In this document: positions 52,598 through 64,000 of the stretch, piece by piece
How positions within the stretch are numbered: position 1 is the first letter of the stretch
Layout: every line of letters begins with the position of its first letter
Source: Amoeboaphelidium protococcarum X5
Taxonomy: Eukaryota; Fungi; Aphelidiomycota
Length of the DNA stretch: 64,000 nucleotides
Direction of reading: 5' to 3'
Assembly (NCBI GenBank): GCA_023515725.1
Contig: JALDTO010000098.1
Coordinates: 708,164 to 772,163, forward strand
The notes under the pieces: generated by a model
What the model saw: the letters and a program-made list of their open reading frames with translations, nothing else
What the model was told of the DNA's origin: nothing
Database searches by the model: none
Made by a program: the position numbers and the translations under genes

Positions 52598-54307
52598 TCA
52601 TCTTTTGTCGACCTTGACTTCTATCATTTCTGAATCCACCATTTGCTGATTCTGTCCAGCGATTATTGAAATGTCAATAAAGCCATAACGATTAAAGTAG
52701 TACGCAGACTCGTTCTAATCCATATCCGATTTCCAAGCATGGACACGCACTAGTTTGAACTCACTTCCTATTGTTTCATCATCTCCCTCTTTTGAATATC
52801 GTCTCTCAGATGCAACATCGTCCAGGGCGAGAACGCGCTCAGACAGAGTAGTACCAGACTACTTATTAAACACGCGTCTGTGCAATCTAAACGACCACAG
52901 ACCATTGAATCCACTAGCTGCAATCACTCCAAGATCAGATAGTTAATAAATGACGTCAAACACGCTAGATTGCCCTTGGACTATGTGAACGAGACATAAG
53001 TAAACATCTTTAGAAGAAGCGTCTTTTCGCAAAACTGCTTTACTATCAAGAGCTGCATTTGCCTTCAAATGTTTCGGGATCTTGACTTGGATGGTAACAT
53101 TTCGATCACGATCAAATAAACTCAATTCCTCAGCCTAATGATTCAAGTTGCCACTCGAATTCTTGAGATCAGCCTTTCCACTTTTCATGTTCTAAGGCAA
53201 CGCAACAGCATCAATTTTGGACTCCAGTTTCAATTTCTAGCGATTCCATGCCTCCAATCGAGCTTTATGTCTTGGCGACGGAGATCTTGGTCTTATTACG
53301 GTGGAATTTGAATTCAGATTACGATTATCAGACAAGCCTTCGCTGGAAGTTTTCCCTGATATGTTCTATTCCGGGCGATGCTATTCCCAGGAAGACATAG
53401 AGGAGGAGGAGGTTGTGGTGCTTTGGAATGACAGCGGGCGCGTTCTAGAAGATGACAAATTGGTGTCAGCATTAACGCGACTGCTACTAGAGCTAGAGAG
53501 AAGTGCATGAAACGACTGTGGACGAGGCTTTCTATTTAGTTTCTTCTCCTAACCGCCCATAGCCTTCAAATAATCGTCAAGTCCGCGATCATCCTTGTAA
53601 TTTGCGGCTCGAGGTGGCTAAAATGATGATCGCTTCTTTTCACTCAACTTTGACTTTCCAGATTTCTCCGCATCAGCTGTAGATTTATCTTTCTGCTCAA
53701 GGTCAACCATATCAGTCCAAGGGAGTGCGAGCAGACGTGGATTACTATGCGTCATCGCCGGCGTGATCTTGTAATCTTTGTCGGTTGAAACGTCATTCTG
53801 TTTCGGCCGCTGGATCTTCAAACCTTTGGCCCGGAGCTTCGATGGATACGTCTGATACTTGGACTTGATATTTCCCTCAGTGTGCGAAAAGTGAGCTATT
53901 CCAACTAGGATATCGTGCATAGAGGCCTTCTAAGGATTATTTACAGCATGGGAAACATTATCTTTGCTAACTGTTGATATAGAGGAAGATTGCGCAGAAT
54001 TCATTGTACTTTCATCAGAATAACTATCAGTAACAGGGGGAGTCATTTCCTTCCTCATTCTATGCATTGCTTCTTACCTATTGACAGCTTTATCATAGCT
54101 GTTACTTCTTGACTAACTACTTTAGGATTCATTTTACTAATTTAATTCATTTTTTTACAATCTAATAAACTCATCGTCACTCAACAGAATCGGCTTTGAT
54201 ATTTCTACCTGACCCGACCTGACTTATGATAGGCGATCAGCATTCTAATCCTCTACAGATGTTGAACCAGACTCTTTTCTATCCGTCTAAGATTACTAGT
54301 TGCCCAT
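52598..54307 (-). CDS. Hypothetical protein with N-myristoylation-like start (MGNQQS), 569 aa
   Basis: 1.7-kb table-6 ORF without in-frame TGA. Confidence 0.7.
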
Positions 54308-54587
54308 TATATCCACTATATATTAATTAGATTTCAATTTTATTTAATCAAATCAAAATAAATCTCGATGGTGTGGAAAAAGGGTGAGTACAATTGCTCA
54401 AGTTGAAACACATTCTGATGACAACAGTAACGATCGCGTTTCAGTGATTCGCGGAGATTCCCAAAATGGCAACATTAAAATCCAGCCTGATTAGAATATC
54501 GAGTCATATAAATGCTGTGGGAATAAATATGGATAGAGGCACACTGATAATATTTCAAGTTATTAATTAAATTCACTTTTACTCAAT

Positions 54588-55685
54588 TCACATGATAAAG
54601 ATGTTGTTCATGTTCATAGGATAACCACTGCTCAATTGAGGCTTTTGGGTGTATTCGCGAGCTAGAATGTCACGAACAGCTGCCAGCAAATTTATCACAC
54701 TCATCTGCCTGCCCTGAGCCTGATTAATAACTTTCAAAAAAGCGTAGCTCATCGCACCTGTAGATCCCACTTCTTACTGGAACGTATCTGCTGAAGTCTA
54801 ATTATCCTTGCATCCAGAGAACATGATCACATCAGCCTAAGATTACCGCTGCTGAGCAACTTGCTACTGTTATTGCGACGACATGCCTCCACCCAAAAGA
54901 TTTGAATTCTTTGCGAGAACACTCGCGGCATTAATCAAACCTCCGATTCCAAACCCGCCTCTCATAAAACCTTTCGCAGCATCCATGGCGACATCTTTCA
55001 ATCCGGCCATTGGATTATAAGATTTCAGGGAGCCATCAGAATTGTATAGATAAGGAAGGTCCATCATAGTCCCAGAATGGCAGCTGTCACAGATCACAGT
55101 CAGGCGGACACCTGCAGGTAACCTTGCCACGCACGTTGCGTGAAGTTCATCATCAACAATGGGGCCAGCTTTCGTGTAATCCACAGGATAGATGCAACTA
55201 TCATAGCCGGAAGCCTCATCGCCATTTTGATCCTTCACAAGTCCACCGTGTCCACTGAAATGGAAGAATAATGAATCTCCAGGCTGAGCTCCACCAACAA
55301 GCCATTTCAGAGCGTTTATTATGTTCTACCTGGTTGGGACATAATTAGGATCTCGCTAATCATCGGTAAGACAGATCATCGCCATTTATCCCCTTTGGTC
55401 ACGCTCATAGAATCCCCAACGCTAGATCAAATGATTTTTCATATTCTAAACGTCATTGATGCATCCTCTTAAAGCAGACTTTTAGTTGAAATAGTTAATT
55501 CCCACAAGTAGAGCCTTCTTTGAACCACGGCATGAAGAGTATTGGAAATTTGGACTCAATTACATGGCCTGCTATGGGACATTCTGGGCATTGTAGTACT
55601 ACTATTACGGCACATTAGACCTCTAGCCATGTTATTGTTGATATTACTAATGCTGCTACTACTGACTGTATTGACCAGGATACAT
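54588..55685 (-). CDS. MCA1: Type I metacaspase, 365 aa
   Basis: Gln-rich prodomain MYPGQYSQ; [33 protein letters not shown] catalytic dyad. Confidence 0.96.
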
Positions 55686-56225
55686 ATTACTTTCTTACTT
55701 TCTGATTATATGAACTGTAATTTAAGGAGATAATAATTAACTACTATTCACTAAAAGTGGAATAAATTCAAGAGAAGAGCACCTATACAGTTCAATAAGC
55801 TAAAGACTTGATCAAAGCTCAGTCCGCGATTGGACAATTTACTGATCGCGCTCGCTAAAGACTCTAATAATGCGAATCTATGGCATTGTATGTATCACTT
55901 GTGGTAAAAATTGAGCAGGAGTAGAAGGTGTTCATTAATGCATTCTAAAGCATGATTATATAGCTACTGGATAATAAGAGAAAAAAGTTTTGAAACTATA
56001 GTCATATTATGAGAGCTATAACACGGCTTCAGGGGTGAAATGCTCAATGAATCGATAAAGAGGCCCCTTGATTATAGAGAGGAGGAGTGGGTCACTCTCA
56101 AGCAGACAATCATCAGGCCTTCTTTCATCACTCTCATTGACTGACTGATTATTACGCGTCATAATTACCCTTCATATCTCTAATAATAACAAGAAAGGTC
56201 TTTATTGCTCACTACTGCCGTCGTA

Positions 56226-57893
56226 ATGAATTTATCTTTGCGTTATATTTTGTTGGCTGCCACCGTAGGTGTTGCATTCACTGGCGCTGTTGGTAGCTCT
56301 GCTGGCTCTGTATATGAAAGCGCAATTGGCTCCGAAAATGGGGATCTGGTCAGTGATGAGAGTTTGTCTTACCCGCAGTCGCCTTTTGAATTGTCTGTTC
56401 CTTAGTTGTCTGACGGGTATGCGGTGGAAGGTCCAGAGGAGGAGGAGGAGTAAGGCGATGACTCAGTTTCTGGCTTGGGGTCTGGTTTTGCAGGTTATAG
56501 TGAGCAAGGTTAAGTTTTCCATGGTGCGTCTTTAGAAGATGATGAAAATGAGGTTAATCTTGGATTTTAGGCTGCATCACAATCTTATATGCCACATGAA
56601 TAAAGGTCTGCTTCTGCTCCTATTGCACTGAGCAATTAGGAAATAATTGAGCAGCATCGTCGTGAAACTTATATTAAGCCTTCTGAAGGGTTACCTGTTG
56701 AATCCGCTTTTGCTGATTCTGGAGCTTTTGTGGATGCCTCTGAATCGACACCTCTGCTCCCTGCCGGAATCTAAGATTCTGCAGAGTAGGATGACCCTTC
56801 CATTGCTAAGCTATTGCTTGCTAATGGTTTGTTTCCGAGGGCGTTCAAGCTTAACATGGCACTCAGTGGAAAGCGCGAAGATCTGCTGGATAATACCATT
56901 TCGCTTTTGAATGGTATGTTTGGAGGGCAGAGACGATTCTCTCTCAATCTAGTGTTCACCCCGTGGAATCAGCTGAAGAAGTTTGTAGTTGGCACCAATT
57001 ACGACAGAAAATCTCTGAAGGCAACTACTAATGATTTCGTGAGCAAGATGAACGACATGTATGCAGAGTTTGCTATGGCTGGAGACATGGAGCGCTATTG
57101 GGGCGGTGTTTATGGAATTATGGCGCCTGAGGTTTAGTCTGATAAGGCGTTGTTCGCAAGCAAGATTTCTTCTACTATGGCACGTAATTTGAAGTAGGCT
57201 GCCAAGTACTATGGCTCTTAAAGTTCATTTGCTTCTCGCTGGACCATGAACACTGGCTTAATGTTCTAGAGAATTGCGATCCGTTATTCCAAGCTATTCG
57301 CATTCCACAAGATGCATAATCCGTTTTCTTATGACGCGTTGTACAAATTTGAGAAGTACGTGGACTACTTGTGGAAGGGAGTTGAAGATAATTTGCAGGT
57401 GGTTGTACGCAAGAGTGCAATCAAGTTCCTGTCCGATAGTAAGGGTTAAGAGCTGGTGCAAAAGACTTTATTCTTGCAGTAGTTTGCAGAGATGATGACT
57501 AAATTAAGCTCTTTGCAACGTTACCCAGATATCGTTTGTTATTCCTCTGTATTCTTGCCTGCAATAATAGTCTAAACACATCATTCTCAAGCAGAGGTCC
57601 CTGAGCTGACTACGCCTTAGCAGACTACTGTCATTGAAGAGTTAAATGACATTGAAGAGCCTGCTGAGTCTGCGTATAGCTAATGGAATCCCCGCCGTTA
57701 TCTCAAGAGCTGGTCATCCCCTAAAGTCGGCCCTGTGCAGCCAGTTGAAGGTGTTACAGCTATGACGTCGCCTGAAGAAAAGAAGCCTGGCTACTTACGT
57801 CAACACTGGTACAATTTGAGAAATTACAGGAAAAATTAGAGAATGTTGAAATAGTATCGTGAGGAAATGGATGCTCTATCTGCAACACAGTGA
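56226..57893 (+). CDS. Hypothetical secreted protein with acidic N-region, 555 aa
   Basis: Signal peptide MNLSLRYILLAATVGVAFTG; open under table 6 to TGA at 57891. Confidence 0.72.
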
Positions 57894-58105
57894 GTGAGTT
57901 AGTGAGTGAGATATATAAGTGGGGATAAGGTGAAGTGGAAAGGTTATAATAAAGAATATATATTGCGACATGTTGTAATTTCTTTTACATTTAGAGAGTG
58001 ATTATATTCTGAATCCACCTTAAAAATCAAGTAAAAAGTAATGACAACACGAGCTAATAATTATTTAATCTACTACTACCAGGCGTTCACTTAAATTCAA
58101 ATATA

Positions 58106-59233
58106 TCAGTTAGCAATCACCTTTAAATCACCAAGAGTGTCACTCTGAGTCTTGGGTACATTGATAGACGATGGTGAGACTAGCATATCAGATATAGTGC
58201 TAGCAATGAAGAAGGTGAAAAACCAAAGGATAAAGATGACGAATACAGCGCCAAAAAACCCACCGGCACCCACCAGAGCAGCCTCACCAATCCCAGGGGT
58301 CAGCAGAAGCAGAGCAACAGCGCCGATACCTACACCAAGACCAACACCGAATTTCTTCCAAGCCTGAGCGCGAGCCTGCTTTCTCAAGGCGCGTTCACAG
58401 AAATCGTTCAGAATAGCCTGGTCAGCCATCTGCTTTGGAGTAGGTGGAGTGGCAGCCATTGGGACAACCTTAGCTTCTTCGCCAGCAGTCAAGTTCCACT
58501 GGTTCTGCTTTGCCTCCTTAGGCATCAAGTAGCAGGCGAACTACTTCTTGCAAGAGTTCTCCAGTGTGGTAACATTCGCAGTAGTAGGCACCTGAGATGC
58601 AATATCCATCTAACATGCCTCAAGACGGTAGTTGCTCAAAGCAGTCAGACCTGAGCGGCACATACCAACCACGGCATCCATACGTGCCTTAATCTCCTTG
58701 TACGGCTTCTTCATTTCTGGGTTGTTGGCAGACAGCAGCTCACACTTCAACTGCTCCATCTGCACAGCATAACAGATCTCAGGGGAGTAACTGAATGACA
58801 CATTCACCATACCCTGCATATACTCTTTGAACTGAGGCTCAGACACGGTGGCATTCACATCGCCGGCAATAGACAACATACCCTGAGCGGCAGCTTCATT
58901 GATCATATCATTGGTTGGCAGTGGGAAATCCTCCAGTGGCTCATCTTTCTTCTTATTAATACCGCGTAACTCCTTAGCAGTCTTGTTGATAAAATTGGCC
59001 ATGTCGGTCACAGTTAGCTTGCCTCTGCCATTAATATCGTCATAGACATCATCAGCCACGCTGTTAATACGTCTAGTGTTATTCTTGAGCAAAGCTTCAA
59101 TCAGGGTGGTAGTCTTGAGATTGTTCTACGCGTATTTCTGCAGAGACTCTGGAATGGTGGTCTGAATGTCTTGAGCAACGACAGCACCAGAGACAATGCA
59201 GATAAAAGATACCAAGTAAGCGTACATGACCAT
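58106..59233 (-). CDS. Signal-peptide protein with Cys-containing helical body and C-terminal Gly-rich hydrophobic hairpin, 375 aa
   Basis: MVMYAYLVSFICIVSGAVVA; C-terminal FGVGLGVGIGAVALLLL...LVGAGGFFGAVFVIFILWFF. Confidence 0.75.
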
Positions 59234-59923
59234 ATTAATGGGAATTATAATTTGCTTCAATAACAAAGTATGGCGAATACAAAGTACGACGCGTAATAAA
59301 GAAGCGTAAAATGCGGCATAATCACTCTCAACTGATCAATCGAGTCTTTGATTACTCCTGAGCGACCCCTTTGGTAGTGAGTACAGTTTCAATGATGATT
59401 GTCTTTCATCCAATATCATTATAATTATGACGGGTCTATCTGATTGAATAAAATATCTCTTATCATAAAAATTGATGGAATATCACCTATTTACCAACTG
59501 TTATAAAGGTGGATTAGTTTGCACTTGATCTAAATGACCTTCAAACCATGAAAGTTGAGATCAGTAAGTCGCGTCTTATCAGCCCATAAATTGATTTTAT
59601 GACATTTTAAAACTTGATTAGAGTAGCTCACAGTGCATTCAATACCATCAAAATAATTAAGATGAGTCAATAAAGCAAATTCGATAATTTATCATGTCAA
59701 TAGAATGGTCTACATCAAGTACAATCAGTGTGTTCAGACAGATTAGCATATGGACGGCGAGGGTGCGCTCGATAAGTTCCATCAAAGGAACACACGGCGC
59801 TCATTCAGTTAATTTAATCAAAGAAGGAGCGCTCTAAAGACTTTATTCTGTTGTATATTACTATTGAGCCGATAATTAATAGAAGTTCTGAAAGCTTATA
59901 ATACTTTTCAATCAAAGTTCTTA

Positions 59924-62206
59924 ATGTCGATTGAAAACGCTATGACAGAGATTATAACGGATTATAATAATCTAGAGTAGTTGCATGATTAAGGCGCGCC
60001 TCATGAAGGCGATGTTGATGGTTCCGCATTGGCGACGACGACCAAGGATGCTGCTGATGTACCCGCTGTGGAATAGAATGATGTTGCAGGGAATGAGGAT
60101 ATTGTGAGAGAAGTGCTTGCGATCGATCGAAATCTCCTAAACATTGTCACTGGTCCATCTAGGAAGCATGTCGATTATATTGAACGCAACACCTCGATCA
60201 AGGTGTAGATACCAACTCAGCCGGATTAGCCGGTGGTACTTCAGGGCAAGAGAAATGATATAGAGATCGCGAAAGGACTCATTAATGGTATTATAAATAG
60301 AGTAAATCGCAATACCAAGACTGATTATATGATCATCCCAAGTTCAATCGCTGGCAAGTTGATTGGGCATGAAGGCTCTCAGATTAGGATGATTAGCGGT
60401 CGCACTAATACGTAATGCCACATGCAGACGGATCATTCGAATAGATTGCTGTGTCTTATCACTATTACTGGAAGTGAGAATGGTATTATGGAGGCGAGAC
60501 GACTGTTTGATGAGCGAATTGATCGTCTGCTGAGTGAGCGTTCTATGGACACTATTGTCATGCCGTAGACTGCAGTATCTGCTCTGATCGGTAAACATGG
60601 TGCGATCATATAGAACATTAATAAAGTCACCGGTGCCAGTTGTCGTATAGAGGAAACGTCCACCAGTGCCACCGTCTATATCATTGGTGATGGCCGTGCT
60701 AGGTAGCGTGCTCGATTTCTTATTGAGGAGTGTATCGAAGATTTGATTTAACGTGACAGCTTGGTTGGACCGGAAGAGTCTCATATGATATTTGCTAATC
60801 CCTTTCCTTCCCACGGTGTTATCAGCATTAATCCCTTCTATGGAGGGTCTGGTTACGTGATGGATGTAATTCAAGATCGTAATATGCGCCTACCTCCTTA
60901 CACATTCAATTGCATTTCGCTCTATCTCACTCAGAGTAGAATGATGTTCAATCTGAAGTCCTAGCGAGATTTGATGAATCAGCTCTTGGGAAAGGTATCA
61001 GACTTTGTGTCCAAGGTGGCGAATAAAGAATTTAGTGTCGTGAAGCTGGAGCTGTCTATTGGCAAGTAGACGTTTGATAGTGCTGGTGGATAGCCTCCTC
61101 AGCGATTTACTCTGCCAGATTCTTGTCGACGTGCTAATGGTCGTCAGTTGGGACAATTCTTCAACAATGCAAGATTTGTGGACAAGGCTCCTCAGCAGTT
61201 GGTTGAGCAGGTGTGCAATCGTCTCGTGGAAGATGGCTTCCAGTTGCAGTAGAGAAGTGCCTTCCATGACTAGAAGTCTGTAGATGTTTATTGGAAGAAC
61301 TTGGAGACTAAAGACAGGATGATTACCAAATTGCATGTGAAGACTGATGGTGAGATTGACTTGGTACACGCGTCAATGTAAAAGTTCAAACCTATTGTTA
61401 TCACGTTTATGCATCCTCAATTGCTGGCAGACTTTCGCATTCGAGTGGTGGTGCGATCGGATGTTACCGGTGATTTGATACCAGAAGAGATTAGAACTTT
61501 GATTTAGAATCTATCTATAAAGTTTGTCGAAGGCGGTAATGATTCTACTGCTGATACGTAATAGTCCAATGAAGATACCAACTCTGATGCTGATGGTGGA
61601 TAGTTGGCGGCTAAAGCTGAGATTGGATATCCTGTCCTTTTTAATGTTCATCACCGTTGCTTGCGTGTAAAGGAGAAGTTGCGTTACTTCAAGGATGATT
61701 TTAAAGCGTCAATTCACCGAATCTATCAGCAGAGTGTTCCGTTTTATGGTCCCCTGCCAGAGTATCATTAATTGCTTGGTCTGCCATCCTCTGATGGTGA
61801 TGATCAGGTGCGAGATGTATTCTCCAATGAGATCACATTCAAGTCAACTCGTTTGAATCGCTTGTTGAGGTAGTACGTTATGGAATTTCAGGCTTTAGAT
61901 GCCGCGACTGATCGACTGACTCTGGCAACTGGCTCAATGAACGCTTCTGTTGCCGGTTAGTAGGATACTTAAAGTGTTACGGGTGTCGGTGATGATGATG
62001 CAGGTGATTAGTCCGATTTGTAATAGACTAGAAATTCTGCAAGTCCTACCGTGATAGAAAGCACTGATGACAGTCGCAGATACTCAACAGACCGTGCAAG
62101 AGCTCAGCATGAATAGAAGTTGCGAGAAGATCTTGCTTATGAACTGGGAGTCTTGATTAGTTTTGGAGACTCTATGGTCAGCAATCTTCCATGGAAGTTT
62201 GATTGA
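59924..62206 (+). CDS. Triple-KH-domain RNA-binding protein with uncharacterised C-terminal domain, 760 aa
   Basis: IVTGPSRKHVDYIE, LIGHEGSQIRMI, LIGKHGAIIQNINKVTGA (GxxG loops in repeats 2 and 3). Confidence 0.8.
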
Positions 62207-62372
62207 TATTACTGAATGGGTGATTGCAGTGAGCTTGCGTATTGAAAGACATGAAATCTGTAGTAATCAAAACGACATTTATTCAAATATTTGAAATCTT
62301 TTACGATTCATGCAGTATAGCAGGACGCTTCTTGTACGGCCATTCATAGGATTTGCTGTTGGATATACTTCG

Positions 62373-63184
62373 TCAATTTCCGCGGAAGTGCAGAAATGGC
62401 AACATTTTACCAATGCGGCGCATCCCTCTTAAATGAAACTTGCGTTTGAACTCTTCAGCAGCCCCATCGCCACATGTAAATCGCAGCAGGTTCTCCGTCA
62501 GATATAGACAATTCTTCCTAAAAGCATGGTAACGGCCTCTTGTCGTCTACAACATATGCCCCTCTATTTCCTCTACAGTTTTCATAGTGTAACATGCATC
62601 GTAAAAGTACACACGTTGACCGCCAGCTTAAGTCTCTGACTTTGGAAAGTTGTTCACCTCGCGTCTCAAGTACTGCTTCTACCCTTTCTCTGGTTTCGAT
62701 CCTTTACCAACATCGAATCCTTCAGCGCCATGAACTAAAATATTACTATTAAAAGAAGGGAGAACCGCCGAAGAGCCTGCCTAATTATCAGCCACTTATA
62801 GATCAGTCTACAAATCATCGCGCACACGCAGCTCAGATGGATTGGCGACGATCAGTGAAGTGTGCCAGAAAGTACCTTTAGGCAACCAGTCAAGTTTGTA
62901 ATACTAAATCTTGATCAATCTATACTGACCAGCCTAGTTAGTGTTGGGATTGAATACTGAGTACACCGGATATAATGGGTCACGCGATGCCAACGCCACC
63001 TGGACGCCTTCCTCCTCCTCTAATTGCAATACATCTTCTCTGGACTTCAAATGGGTAGACCAAGAATGCAGATAGCTCTAGACACTTGCCGCCAGCAGCA
63101 AGACAATGAAAGCTTCTAATAAGGACATTTTTAATTTAAGGCGGAGAGGTAGGATTTACCACAAAGAAGTGCAAGATGTTTCAT
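62373..63184 (-). CDS. Signal-peptide-bearing PPPDE/DeSI-like cysteine peptidase, about 255 aa (intron 63116..63159)
   Basis: Absent from the ORF track. The spliced table-6 frame gives MKHLALLC(E)AFIVLLLAASVQS...FWHTSLIV...RYHAFRKNCLYLTENLLRFTCG, matching the His and Asn-Cys motifs of PPPDE peptidases. Confidence 0.7.
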
Positions 63185-64000
63185 TTCATCCCCTAAAATC
63201 TTGAATAATAGGCAATCTGAGTTCGGTGATTGATCGGCTAAGCCACACCAAAGAGGAAGATCAGGTGAGTTGAAAGTATGATCTTAAATAGTGGCATACG
63301 GAATCCGAGAGCCGCAAAAGCGCGTCGCTATTTAAAAAGCAGAAACGAATATTTGTTTCTTACAACTGTTTTTGTTTTTAATGTTCGAGAGCCGCAATCA
63401 GTGCCTCACATTAATACATAACGTTTTTGCACTTGTAATACGCGAATGCGACTTAACAAATTGATTAATTTTTGTGATTACTTTCTTATTTATATCATGC
63501 TGCAAAATCAAATGTATTAGTCATGCACCGTGTGTGTGTTGCTTTACTTTAATGTGCAACTTGCGCAACTGCAGCAGTATTGGTGTAAATATCTCAAGAT
63601 TTTTAATATAGCAGTATTTGCTCCGCTTCTCTAGTAAAGAAATATATGCACCAAACCTCAAGCAAAAATTTGCAAACTGTTTGTGAGTAGTGGTTGCTCG
63701 ATCTTTGTCACAACTGATTGCTTGATGCGTTAATCTCGAAACTGGCGCTTGCAATTTAACAGTAAGTAAGCGATTATTTGTGATAAATTGTTTTGATACT
63801 GAATGATACTTTATTATCTCTTACACACTATTCACTAAACTACTTTTTAACAACGTACAATCTTATTTGCGAGATAAGCATACAGGTATAAGCAATGCAG
63901 CATTGGGACGCCGTAGTGTTGTCATTACTTGCTGCGCCACCCCCCTTACGCCACTCTAAGATCTTACGCAATCATATTATTAATAACAGCTCTCATAGTT

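Noticed and set aside
1-64000. CRISPR arrays, tRNA or rRNA genes
   Set aside because: None recognised by eye; the repeats seen are microsatellites or coding low-complexity tracts.

Overview
Gene-dense eukaryotic DNA from a fungus-related opisthokont that reads TAA and TAG as glutamine and uses only TGA as stop (translation table 6). The supplied standard-code ORF track therefore fragments nearly every gene. The code, the gene content (SCAR/WAVE, FAM92, chitinase, fungal-type metacaspase, TVP18, Spt20) and the short 44-83 nt GT-AG introns fit the aphelid Amoeboaphelidium protococcarum, which is an inference. Re-read with table 6, the window holds about 30 genes. Main observations: (1) two apparently identical 2.76-kb tyrosine-recombinase (Crypton-like) DNA transposons in inverted orientation about 43 kb apart, with 6-bp terminal cores, a palindromic predicted circle junction and TTGCAC subterminal repeats, each truncating a host gene whose missing half is not on the other side; (2) a 407-nt YRA1/ALYREF intron with two mutually exclusive RNA duplexes, a candidate splicing switch; (3) signal-peptide-bearing ubiquitin-system enzymes (two RING ligases, a DeSI/PPPDE-like peptidase) and other orphan secreted proteins; (4) a bacterial-type DUF6506-like gene; (5) an inverted NmrA-like gene duplication. 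All coordinates, splice sites and family calls were made by eye, without database searches.
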